This document shows positions 13,001 through 22,624 of a DNA stretch of 64,000 bases, piece after piece. How positions within the stretch are numbered: the first letter of the stretch is position 1; the number at the start of each line of letters is the position of its first letter. Both the position numbers and the translations under genes were made by a program. The notes beneath the pieces are model-generated. The model made no database searches. It was not told the origin of the DNA and saw only the letters and a list, made by a program, of their open reading frames with translations. Source of the stretch: Cyanophora paradoxa CCMP329 (taxonomy: Eukaryota; Plantae; Glaucophyta); the NCBI GenBank assembly GCA_004431415.1, contig QPMI01000587.1, forward strand, positions 1 to 64,000. Direction: 5' to 3'.

Positions 13001-15966
13001 ATTCCCCCGGAGAGATTTGAAGTGCATCTTTCCTCTATTTTGTGGCAGATCGGAAACCTGGGCCTTCGACTGAGTGACTTGCTGGTGGGTGGGTCATCTT
13101 CCCAAGGCAAGCGCCTTGTGCATATTCCCCAGAGAGATTTGAAGTGCATCTTTCTTCTATTTTGTGGCAGATGAGAAACCTGCGGCCTCCGACTGGGTGA
13201 TTTGCTGGTGGGTGGGTCATCTTCCTAAGGCTAGCGCCTTGGGCATATTCCCCCAGAGAGATTTGGGGTGCATCTTTCTTTTTCTTCTGGCAGATCAGAA
13301 ACCTGGGGCCTTTGACTGAGTGACTTGCGGGTGGGAGGGTCATCTTCCTAAGGCTAGCGCCTTGTGCATATTCCCCCTTCGACTGACTGACTTGCTGGTG
13401 GGTGGGTCATCTTCCCAAGGCAAGCGCCTTGTGCATATTCCCCCAGAGAGATTTGAAGTGCATCTTTCTTCTATTTTGTGGCAGATGAGAAACCTGGGGC
13501 CTCCGACTGAGTGACTTGCTGGTGGGTGGGTCATCTTCCCAAGGCTAGCGCCTTGGGCATATTCCCCCAGAGAGATTTGGGGTGCATCTTTCTTCTATTT
13601 TGTGGCAGATGAGAAACCTGCGGCCTCTGCCTGGGTGACTTGCTGGTGGGTGGGTCATCTTCCTAAGGCTAGCGCCTTGGGCATATTCCCCAGAGAGATT
13701 TGGGGTGCATCTTTCTTTTTCTTCTGGCAGATCGGAAACCTGGGGCCTTTGACTGAGTGACTTGCGGGTGGGAGGGTCATCTTCCTAAGGCTAGCACCTT
13801 GTGCATATTCCCCCTTCGACTGACTGACTTGCTGGTGGGTGGGTCATCTTCCCAAGGCAAGCGCCTTGTGCATATTCCCCCGGAGAGATTTGAAGTGCAT
13901 CTTTCCTCTATTTTGTGGCAGATCGGAAACCTGGGGCCTTCGACTGAGTGACTTGCTGGTGGGTGGGTCATCTTCCCAAGGCAAGCGCCTTGTGCATATT
14001 CCCCCAGAGAGATTTGAAGTGCATCTTTCTTCTATTTTGTGGCAGATGAGAAACCTGCGGCCTCCGACTGGGTGATTTGCTGGTGGGTGGGTCATCTTCC
14101 TAAGGCTAGCGCCTTGGGCATATTCCCCCAGAGAGATTTGGGGTGCATCTTTCTTTTTCTTCTGGCAGATCAGAAACCTGGGGCCTTTGACTGAGTGACT
14201 TGCGGGTGGGAGGGTCATCTTCCTAAGGCTAGCGCCTTGTGCATATTCCCCCTTCGACTGACTGACTTGCTGGTGGGTGGGTCATCTTCCCAAGGCAAGC
14301 GCCTTGTGCATATTCCCCCAGAGAGATTTGAAGTGCATCTTTCTTCTATTTTGTGGCAGATGAGAAACCTGGGGCCTCCGACTGAGTGACTTGCTGGTGG
14401 GTGGGTCATCTTCCCAAGGCTAGCGCCTTGGGCATATTCCCCCAGAGAGATTTGGGGTGCATCTTTCTTCTATTTTGTGGCAGATGAGAAACCTGCGGCC
14501 TCTGCCTGGGTGACTTGCTGGTGGGTGGGTCATCTTCCTAAGGCTAGCGCCTTGGGCATATTCCCCCAGAGAGATTTGGGGTGCATCTTTCTTTTTCTTC
14601 TGGCAGATCGGAAACCTGGGGCCTTTGACTGAGTGACTTGCGGGTGGGAGGGTCATCTTCCTAAGGCTAGCACCTTGTGCATATTCCCCCTTCGACTGAC
14701 TGACTTGCTGGTGGGTGGGTCATCTTCCCAAGGCAAGCGCCTTGTGCATATTCCCCCGGAGAGATTTGAAGTGCATCTTTCCTCTATTTTGTGGCAGATC
14801 GGAAACCTGGGGCCTTCGACTGAGTGACTTGCTGGTGGGTGGGTCATCTTCCCAAGGCAAGTGCCTTGTGCATATTCCCCCAGAGAGATTTGAAGTGCAT
14901 CTTTCTTCTATTTTGTGGCAGATGAGAAACCTGCGGCCTCCGACTGGGTGATTTGCTGGTGGGTGGGTCATCTTCCTAAGGCTAGCGCCTTGGGCATATT
15001 CCCCCAGAGAGATTTGGGGTGCATCTTTCTTTTTCTTCTGGCAGATCAGAAACCTGGGGCCTTTGACTGAGTGACTTGCGGGTGGGAGGGTCATCTTCCT
15101 AAGGCTAGCGCCTTGTGCATATTCCCCCTTCGACTGACTGACTTGCTGGTGGGTGGGTCATCTTCCCAAGGCAAGCGCCTTGTGCATATTCCCCCAGAGA
15201 GATTTGAAGTGCATCTTTCTTCTATTTTGTGGCAGATGAGAAACCTGGGGCCTCCGACTGAGTGACTTGCTGGTGGGTGGGTCATCTTCCCAAGGCTAGC
15301 GCCTTGGGCATATTCCCCCAGAGAGATTTGGGGTGCATCTTTCTTCTATTTTGTGGCAGATGAGAAACCTGCGGCCTCTGCCTGGGTGACTTGCTGGTGG
15401 GTGGGTCATCTTCCTAAGGCTAGCGCCTTGGGCATATTCCCCCAGAGAGATTTGGGGTGCATCTTTCTTTTTCTTCTGGCAGATCGGAAACATGGGGCCT
15501 TTGACTGAGTGACTTGCGGGTGGGAGGGTTATCTGCCTGAGGCTAGCGCCTTGTGCATATTCCCCCTTCGACTGACTGACTTGCTGGTGGGTGGGTCATC
15601 TTCCCAAGGCAAGCGCCTTGTGCATATTCCCCCAGAGAGATTTGAAGTGCATCTTTCTTCTATTTTGTGGCAGATCGGAAACCTGGGGCCTTCGACTGAG
15701 TGACTTGCTGGTGGGTGGGTCATCTTCCCAAGGCTAGCGCCTTGTGCATATTCCCCCAGAGAGATTTGGGGTGCATCTTTCTTCTATTTTGTGGCAGATG
15801 AGAAACCTGCGGCCTCTGACTGGGTGACTTGCTGGTGGGTGGGTCATCTTCCTAAGGCTAGCGCCTTGGGCATATTCCCCCAGAGAGATTTGGGGTGCAT
15901 CTTTCTTTTTCTTCTGGCAGATCGGAAACCTGGGGCCTTTGACTGAGTGACTTGCGGTTGGGAGGG
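4020..15966 (+). repeat. Satellite A array, segment 2, with higher-order repeats (~314, ~438 and ~876 bp periods)
   Basis: Same monomers. Spurious ORFs recur at 314-bp (11210/11524), 438-bp (13757/14195/14633) and 876-bp (13844/14720) spacing. Confidence 0.97.
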
Positions 15967-16286
15967 AGCTCAGCGTGGCGCCATGCCCCCAAAAAATAAA
16001 ACCCAAATTCCCCCGATAATCCCGATAATAAACCGATTTTTCCGAAAATCTCAGTAAGACTCAGTAATAGAATCGATAAAATCGAAATTTATCGTAATGT
16101 ATCGATAGATTAACCCGCGAAGCCCCCGAGATCTATTTCATCCCGATAATCCCGATAATCCCGATACTCACCCGAAAATCTCAGTAAGACTCAGTAAGAC
16201 TATACGCGCAATACGCTTTTATTCATTGCATCGACAAAAACATGAAATTCGCCGCCATGCCCCCGAAATTTTACATCGTTTCCCCC
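15967..16286 (+). repeat. Left terminal inverted repeat (320 bp)
   Basis: Reverse complement of 29872-30183 apart from one extra TCCCGATAA unit, one homopolymer difference and one substitution. Internal CCCGATAAT and CTCAGTAAGA iterations. Confidence 0.95.
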
Positions 16287-16289
16287 CTA

Positions 16290-16410
16290 ACCATTTTTTT
16301 GGTTGCGCAACCATTTTTTTTGGTTGCGCAACCACCGCAACCAGGTCGCGCAACCACTGAACCAGGTCGCGCAACCATCCCGCAACCATTTTTTTTGGTC
16401 GCGCAACCAC
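16290..16410. repeat. Subterminal array of (T)GGTTGCGCAACC(A) palindromes and variants
   Basis: Several TGGTTGCGCAACCA / GGTCGCGCAACC units separated by T-tracts. An inverted counterpart lies at 29068-29153. Confidence 0.85.
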
Positions 16411-16461
16411 CCCGTCAAGGGCAAAAAATGACGCCTTGCACCGAAAAAATGATTGCTAACC

Positions 16462-16746
16462 ATGAGTATCCCAAAAGAATATTTCGATCTTATCGGGGTC
16501 AACCTCGATCTTTCAGAAGACGAGAAAAACAAAGAAATCGGGCGTCGCGCATTCACACGTTTAACCGGTTGCAATCTTTCGCAAGTTCAGAGTTCCGCCA
16601 GAAAGACTTTGAAAAAATCAGCAGAAAAGGTTGTTGAACGCTCGTTTACGTATCATGAAAACCTCAAATTAGCGGAAGCCCGCCACGATTCCAACTTCGC
16701 AAGACTGAGACTGAGAATGAAACTCGAAGCCAAAAAGCAATCCTAA
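16462..16746 (+). CDS. Small hypothetical viral protein (~94 aa, basic, helical)
   Basis: ATG at 16462, preceded by the CAAAAAATGACGCC motif. Converges on and overlaps the ATPase stop by 4 nt. Confidence 0.6.
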   Translation: MSIPKEYFDLIGVNLDLSEDEKNKEIGRRAFTRLTGCNLSQVQSSARKTLKKSAEKVVERSFTYHENLKLAEARHDSNFARLRLRMKLEAKKQS

Positions 16747-17501
16747 ACCGTAATCGTTGTCGGTTCCCTACTAATTCTCGCTCCACCACTCTTTTTTATC
16801 GCTCTTCGTCTCATAAACTTCCTAAAACCTTTCATGTCATCATCTGTCAAAATCGCGCGATCTGTGTAAGTTTTTATGTCATAACCTTGCAAACTTGCGA
16901 TTACAGTTTGATAATTATATCCCCACAGGCGATGTAATTCTTTGTAAGTTTTCTTATCCATTCCGCCATTGTATTCATCGTAAGCGCAGTTGAACTCTTT
17001 TTCGTTCCCAAGAATATTAAAAAATACAACGAATTCCACATTACGACGAATGGTAGTAGAAATAGAACATATACGTTGGACATTAAAAATAACCGAAATC
17101 GAATAATGGCGTCCACTCGTTACCAATTTAGATAACACAGCATTATAATGCATGTCCAGTGTGGAACCTATCATGTCATCAAGAATCAAAACTAAATTGT
17201 GGCGTTTCTCGTTGTTCTCGATTCGTTTTTTTTGCATGCTGATCAATCTTAAAACTAAATCATCATTCCATTCCTCGTAAATATTATCGGGGTGGGTGAT
17301 GTCTCTAAATTGACCAGTAAACGCAGTCGAACTAAAAACAACGATCTGATCGATTTTATCGCGTAATTCGTAAAGTAAATATTTAGTGAACATTGTCTTA
17401 CCAGTGTTGGAGCGTCCACAATTTAAGATTCGCGTAGGTATTTTAACTGTTCTGTTCGGCTCGAATTCCGGTATATCGTTTAAGTCTACTGTGTTATCCA
17501 T
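16743..17501 (-). CDS. A32-like (FtsK/HerA superfamily) DNA packaging ATPase
   Basis: Walker A GRSNTGKT, Walker B LVLILDD, and A32-type SGRHYSISVIFNVQ motif. 252 aa. Confidence 0.92.
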   Translation of the reverse strand: MDNTVDLNDIPEFEPNRTVKIPTRILNCGRSNTGKTMFTKYLLYELRDKIDQIVVFSSTAFTGQFRDITHPDNIYEEWNDDLVLRLISMQKKRIENNEKRHNLVLILDDMIGSTLDMHYNAVLSKLVTSGRHYSISVIFNVQRICSISTTIRRNVEFVVFFNILGNEKEFNCAYDEYNGGMDKKTYKELHRLWGYNYQTVIASLQGYDIKTYTDRAILTDDDMKGFRKFMRRRAIKKSGGARISREPTTITV

Positions 17502-17551
17502 TACAGTAATCCCATAAAAAAACGATTAAGCCAATAACCCACACCAATCGC

Positions 17552-18778
17552 TTAGAAGTTACTTACTTTAAGCGTAGAAATATTATAGCCGTTGAGAACG
17601 AGAACGTTGTGGCGAAGTGCGTAAATGTCAACAACAACAGGTGCAGCATCAGTGCAACCGGAAACTGTGAGATCCATGTAGGAACTCGAAGAGTTGAAGA
17701 AATCTTGGTAACCCATGACAGAGTTGTGCAGGGAATCCTTACCGGACTTCGAAAGAACGATCCCGTAAACATTGCCGCCTTGGAATCCGAAGTTTACATT
17801 ACCTACGGTAGTTCCCTTGTAATGCGAGGGGATGTGGTTCACAGCCGAAAGGAACCCGCTAATCGGTCGGTTCGAGATGTCGAGAGAACGGTTATTGTGG
17901 AAGATTTGGAATTGATCAATCCTAACATTTCCTTCGTAACCCTCGAAATCTGAATGCGTGTATTTGTTAAGTTTGTTCACTTCGCGCACTGTCATGAGAA
18001 TGCTGTGAACAAGACCGGAAACATTCGCAAGCGAAACCTCGACAGATTCGCCCGCGTCGGCGGTTTTTAGAGATCGAGTTCGCTTCTGAATCACTTCGGT
18101 AATTGGGATGCGAATGCCCCCTTGTTCGTTCGCCATTTTCAGTAGCGCTTCCGCCTCGGGGGAGGCGATGTTAACGAATTGACAGATGAGGGCGCAGTCG
18201 TTCATAGCAACCTTTCCGCCCTCGGGAACCTGAACTACCGCAGCTTCGCGGAAGTCGACCTCAATCGTAGGCATATCGGCAAGAACGCAAAGTGGGAAAT
18301 ACGCATCATCCCAGAATTGCGCCGGAATTTTAACGACATATTCCCAGGTCTTATCGGTGCTGTTTCGGTTGTTCTCAGAGTAGTAACCCAGCGAAACAAA
18401 CATGCTCGCCATTGTGGCGTGGTCGTTATCGACGAGCGCATTAACTGTAATCCAATCGCCGGGAATAATGTATTTAAACCCACCGTGAACGAAGCGGACT
18501 TCGGAAATAAACGACGAACCACCATTGGGCATTACGCATTGAACGGCGCCACCCGTTGTGACCTTAAAATTGAGACTAACACCGCTCAGAAGTTGCTTAC
18601 GCGGTAGATCAAAGTAAGCGGTTGTTTTGAATCCGAAAGTGTTACCACGAGGGCGGACTTGCTCTAAAAACGGTTTATACTTGGGATTGGTTCCGATTTG
18701 AAGACCAGGAGATAAATATACTTGATCCGAACCGGGAGTCACAAGTAGTTCTTTAAGAGTTGTTCCACTAAGCGCCAT
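17552..18778 (-). CDS. Major capsid protein (double jelly-roll type)
   Basis: 408 aa with beta-strand pattern. FG..TAYFDLPR..LLS and FPLCVL...IEVDFR segments resemble PLV/NCLDV MCPs. Lies between the ATPase and minor capsid genes. Confidence 0.8.
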   Translation of the reverse strand: MALSGTTLKELLVTPGSDQVYLSPGLQIGTNPKYKPFLEQVRPRGNTFGFKTTAYFDLPRKQLLSGVSLNFKVTTGGAVQCVMPNGGSSFISEVRFVHGGFKYIIPGDWITVNALVDNDHATMASMFVSLGYYSENNRNSTDKTWEYVVKIPAQFWDDAYFPLCVLADMPTIEVDFREAAVVQVPEGGKVAMNDCALICQFVNIASPEAEALLKMANEQGGIRIPITEVIQKRTRSLKTADAGESVEVSLANVSGLVHSILMTVREVNKLNKYTHSDFEGYEGNVRIDQFQIFHNNRSLDISNRPISGFLSAVNHIPSHYKGTTVGNVNFGFQGGNVYGIVLSKSGKDSLHNSVMGYQDFFNSSSSYMDLTVSGCTDAAPVVVDIYALRHNVLVLNGYNISTLKVSNF

Positions 18779-18830
18779 TTTCGCTGTTTACAATACAACA
18801 AGAAATTTTTAAATTACAATAATAAACAGA

Positions 18831-19724
18831 ATGACGCGTTATTATATTAATATTGATTCGAGAGATCGCGAAAACGGAACTCCATCCGAATTTCTCTACA
18901 AACTTCCCCATGCAATTCAAAAGGTAAAAGCATGCAGAGTTACCAATTTCGAAATGTTTAACAATATTTACAACCTTGCAGAAGCAGGATCACGTACCAC
19001 ATCTACCAAAGATGCAGCAGGAAGCACAAAGAACAGACATAATATTATTGCAAAAGGTTCATACACAACAGACAGTTTAGTGAATTACCTAATTGCTAAG
19101 ATTGGATCACAGAACTATTCCCAAAGTCCCTTTGGAACCTACACCAAACACTTCTATGTTACTTATGATCCCATTACTATGTTTTTAAGATTTATGTGTG
19201 AAGTTGAATTCAGCATCACTATTGGAAGTCAGATTCTTGCAAATTTCCTTGGGTTTAAAGATGCAAACAAAGTATACCCCTCAACACTTTTAGATGGGAG
19301 TGTTACCATTGGATCATACACATACACACACTACATAGACAGTGAAATACCATTAGACCTTCTATTTAATTCATACCTACTACTTCACATTGCACAACTG
19401 AAAGGCAAGTATGTGAGCAATAACATTAAAGACAATAATGCTCTTGCTAAAATTGAGATTGACAAGACAGTTGGTAGTTTGCTAAGATATGATTCTTCAA
19501 ATAATGCAATGATCACCCATGAACAGAATGGATTGGTGGAACTTGAAGCAATGGATGTAAGACTTTCTTATTGGAATGGTAACACAGCAGACATTACAAC
19601 TGATTGGAGTATGACATTAGAAGTTGTGACTGAGGATGAGAAGGAACTAACAAAGAGATCCCTTCAAAAGGTGATACAAGATTTCGAAGAGGCATTCATT
19701 CCATTTTGTAGGTCATATCTGTAA
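18831..19724 (+). CDS. Minor capsid (penton) protein
   Basis: N-terminal YYINIDSRDR...FLYKLP and C-terminal MDVRLSYWNG...DWSMTLEV, typical of PLV/Polinton pentons. Divergent from the MCP gene across a 52-bp AT-rich gap. Confidence 0.8.
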   Translation: MTRYYINIDSRDRENGTPSEFLYKLPHAIQKVKACRVTNFEMFNNIYNLAEAGSRTTSTKDAAGSTKNRHNIIAKGSYTTDSLVNYLIAKIGSQNYSQSPFGTYTKHFYVTYDPITMFLRFMCEVEFSITIGSQILANFLGFKDANKVYPSTLLDGSVTIGSYTYTHYIDSEIPLDLLFNSYLLLHIAQLKGKYVSNNIKDNNALAKIEIDKTVGSLLRYDSSNNAMITHEQNGLVELEAMDVRLSYWNGNTADITTDWSMTLEVVTEDEKELTKRSLQKVIQDFEEAFIPFCRSYL

Positions 19725-19748
19725 AAAATATATCTATGCATATATCAA

Positions 19749-20507
19749 ATGTCAGGATCCAGAAAAACCCAGCCCAAAAACTTCTTGTCAAAACCTGTTG
19801 CAGAGGCAGATGGGATAACAGAGGGAAAGAAGGGAAGGAATTGGGACAAGAAACCCAAAGGAACAGCAGCACTTGGAACAGGTGATCTTGACAAGGACAT
19901 CCACAAAATGATGAACCAGCACACAGCAACACCAACCGATAATGCGAACGACGATAACGCTTTGATTGACCAGGTTCCACTGAATCGAATGCCCAAGAAG
20001 CGAAAGCATTTCAGAGAGAAGACCAAAGAGAAACTTTTACCATCCGCCACGCTTTTAAAGCTTCTCGATGGCGGCGAGCGACTTTATTCGACATACTCTG
20101 AGAAGGATAACCGCAATCGTTACTTTATCCGCTTGAAAACGGGCGGTCTTAAATCGGTCAAATACCAGGACGCCAAAAAAATGGTTCAAGGGATTGCGAA
20201 CGAGACCGCGTTAGAGAACAAGATTCTCGAACAGCAGATCACGAAAGAGAAGGTCGAAAAGAGACCGGATGTGACGTTCGACGTTCTTCCCGATCCAATC
20301 ACAACCGCGAAGAATACGCCAACTGAATTAATCGCTAAGACCATCGATTACGCGGAAAGTAACAAGACCGATTTACCGGTAATGAATAAGAGTTTACTTC
20401 GGGTCGCCACTTCGCAAGCCGACCCCATTACATCGGTTCCCTCCGCCGCCCCCATGCTTTCGGGGTTCGCAAAACTTGGGATCCGCCCCGGTTACCGGAG
20501 GTTTTAA
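19749..20507 (+). CDS. Hypothetical Lys-rich viral protein (252 aa)
   Basis: Long ATG-initiated ORF directly after the penton gene. No motif recognised. Confidence 0.7.
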   Translation: MSGSRKTQPKNFLSKPVAEADGITEGKKGRNWDKKPKGTAALGTGDLDKDIHKMMNQHTATPTDNANDDNALIDQVPLNRMPKKRKHFREKTKEKLLPSATLLKLLDGGERLYSTYSEKDNRNRYFIRLKTGGLKSVKYQDAKKMVQGIANETALENKILEQQITKEKVEKRPDVTFDVLPDPITTAKNTPTELIAKTIDYAESNKTDLPVMNKSLLRVATSQADPITSVPSAAPMLSGFAKLGIRPGYRRF

Positions 20508-20772
20508 AACCGACCTTTGCGTAGCCCGACGTTAATGATCATTTTGCCGTTAAAAAATTTCTTGTTCAAATGTAGCGCTACGTAAACAATCCATTCGCGT
20601 AGGCTCACGTTTACTCATTTTTATGGGTGGCGTTGTAGAAAGAAGTGATATCCATGTATATCGCGCTTTTATCACCTGTTCTACGGGGTTCATTCGTGGA
20701 AACTTGCGACCGACAAGTAGACAATCGGGGACACTTCGATTTATTTTTCCGGCATCTTCTTTCAAAACGGTG

Positions 20773-20850
20773 CAAAAAAATGACGGCTTTTCAAGACAAG
20801 TATATACCAACAACAAAAAGGACTTAAAGATTTCTTGTTATATATCAGAA
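20773..20850 (+). promoter_or_regulatory. Putative viral promoter: CAAAAAAATGACG ... ACTTAAAGA ... TATA
   Basis: Same motif order recurs at 21280-21335. The first motif also occurs at 16422. Confidence 0.5.
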
Positions 20851-20864
20851 GAGGACAAAGCACG

Positions 20865-21119
20865 ATGCCGATTAGCGAAGCACAGAAGCGCGCAATTTAC
20901 CGTTACCGCAAGACCGAAAAGGGTCGTGAATATCTGAAAAAGTACAGCAACAGACTGTCGAAACAAATGAAGGAATTATACGACACCGACGAGTGTTACC
21001 GAGCGATGAAGATAGTCGATAGTTCACAACGCCAGTACGTCGCGAACGCGGTGTGTTACATTAAATACCTTTATGGGGTTCCGCACTCAAATCGGGGGCG
21101 CCCTTCGATCTACTTCTGA
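20865..21119 (+). CDS. Small basic protein, possibly DNA-binding (84 aa)
   Basis: ATG at 20865 (MPISEAQKRAIYRYRKTEKGREY...). Shares upstream motifs with the replicase gene. Confidence 0.65.
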   Translation: MPISEAQKRAIYRYRKTEKGREYLKKYSNRLSKQMKELYDTDECYRAMKIVDSSQRQYVANAVCYIKYLYGVPHSNRGRPSIYF

Positions 21120-21279
21120 AATTGTTTTTTCTCAGCGCGTTTGCCCTGAGAACCCAGCGCGAGCGCAACCGCGCTTAATCGTAATAAATCTTGTTTGTAT
21201 TATTTTTAGAACCATTGTATGATGGTCGACCCTTTGTTATTTTTCTAATTTACTTGTTTGATCGCTAAAATGCAACGGT

Positions 21280-21335
21280 CAAAAAATGACGCCGTAAAAT
21301 AAAATCACTTAAAGAATAAATTTATTTGTATAGAA
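21280..21335 (+). promoter_or_regulatory. Putative viral promoter upstream of the replicase
   Basis: CAAAAAATGACGCC, then ACTTAAAGA, then TGTATA, ending ~20 nt before ATG 21355. Confidence 0.5.
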
Positions 21336-21354
21336 TAAGAAAAGCGCCAACGAA

Positions 21355-22476
21355 ATGCCTCGCGCAGTTAGTATCCAATCCGCGAAGAAGAGAGCGAGTA
21401 TTCTTTCGAAGCTTGGTTATGCTCTTGGAAATGGGTTTATGAATGAAGAGCAATTTAACGCATTCGGTCACTTTGCCTTCGTCAGACGACCGAGACTAAG
21501 CGCACTAAACGACATCGAATTCTCAATTGATGATATCATTGCGAGAGGTGAGGCTCAGCAAAACACAGAAGATGAAATTAACCGCTTGGGTCGTATTGAT
21601 GTTCCGCAGGAGTTGGTGAATCAGCGACCAGAGAGAAATACAAAGACACACACGAACCCGTTCAATCGGATGAAAACCGACCTTCGCGAGTTCATTGAAA
21701 ACTCGCCCGGTAACATGGTCACAATTCACATTCGACTCTTTCGGGAATTGAGGGAGGGCGAGGCAGCCCCCCCGCACGTAAACCGGGTCGTCGACCCCGA
21801 GAATGGAATTACGTATATCGAAGCGAAGCGAGTTCGCAACAATCGCCCCCTCGCTGTTCAATGCACAAAAGAAGCCTTCCTTGTTGCATCTAATCTGAAT
21901 CTTGGAACGTTTAACACATTCCCGTGTGTGACGGGTGAACGTATCTACGATTTCATTTTCCAAGTGATCGATTTCAACAAGCAAAACCAAGATTTCCGTT
22001 ACCTTCGCCATGTCGAAATGGACATTTACCCTGAGATCATGACAATCGAGCGAATCATTACTACCGATAACCAAACGCACATCCCAAGAAATGAGCAAAT
22101 TCTTCGGGACAATACGCACGCGCCTATGATCATTTCGAACTACTTGCGCTACGCAATGAATCCTGAGGCGAAGACTTTTCAGGACATGTTTCTTAGAGGC
22201 AATGCGTTCAAAGTCGGGAAGTGTGTGTTTGATGTTCTTATTCAGCAGTTCACACCAGCGTATGCGAAAGCAAAAGAAAAGGGAAAATACAAGAAAGTGG
22301 ATTGGTCATACGAGGGATTATTTACGATGGTTCGGGGGCGCCCGCCAGTTGAAGGGGATGATTGGGGTGTGTCCTTCGCGGAAGTGGTTACAAAGATTCT
22401 CGAACCGCTACGCTTGGGAATGGTAACGCCGGGCGGCGACGCCCCTGCCGTCGACCCCACTAAAGTGGCAACGTGA
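21355..22476 (+). CDS. N-terminal part of the replicase (putative terminal protein plus first half of an OTU-like protease domain)
   Basis: 373-aa ORF whose last ~17 codons run into the GC-rich insert. Candidate catalytic Cys in GKCVFDVL. A candidate His motif (IENEHMY) lies in the downstream frame. Confidence 0.6.
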   Translation: MPRAVSIQSAKKRASILSKLGYALGNGFMNEEQFNAFGHFAFVRRPRLSALNDIEFSIDDIIARGEAQQNTEDEINRLGRIDVPQELVNQRPERNTKTHTNPFNRMKTDLREFIENSPGNMVTIHIRLFRELREGEAAPPHVNRVVDPENGITYIEAKRVRNNRPLAVQCTKEAFLVASNLNLGTFNTFPCVTGERIYDFIFQVIDFNKQNQDFRYLRHVEMDIYPEIMTIERIITTDNQTHIPRNEQILRDNTHAPMIISNYLRYAMNPEAKTFQDMFLRGNAFKVGKCVFDVLIQQFTPAYAKAKEKGKYKKVDWSYEGLFTMVRGRPPVEGDDWGVSFAEVVTKILEPLRLGMVTPGGDAPAVDPTKVAT

Positions 22477-22624
22477 CCGCCTGCACTGCGATGGCGCAGC
22501 CAGGGGGGGTGTCCCAGGGGTCCAAAGAGACACCCCGGTAAGACACCGGACTGGACTACGTCCCTCGGTCGCTGAGATAGAGGGGCAAGTGTCAGTAGAA
22601 TAGACGCCGATGGCGTCCCCTCCG
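22423..22624 (+). other. GC-rich, hairpin-dense insert interrupting the replicase gene (candidate intron or structured RNA)
   Basis: About 66% GC by hand count over 22425-22624, against A-rich coding flanks. At least six stems. Contains stops. Removing 176 nt (22423-22598) or 200 nt (22425-22624) joins the two ORFs in frame. Confidence 0.6.

Noticed and set aside
20550-20937. ORFs 20623-20937, 20550-20816 and 20645-20827
   Set aside because: They overlap the putative promoter and the better-supported ORF at 20865, and show no recognisable features.
21125-21180. Hairpins after viral ORFs as Mimivirus-type polyadenylation signals
   Set aside because: The stems are only 6-7 bp and are not present after every gene.
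22423-22624. Canonical group I or group II intron, T4 gene 60-type hop, or MITE
   Set aside because: No GACUA/UAGUC P7 pair on one strand and no GUGYG start. The matching ACG landing codons inside the insert give the wrong frame. No clear TIR or TSD. Kept only as an unclassified structured insert.
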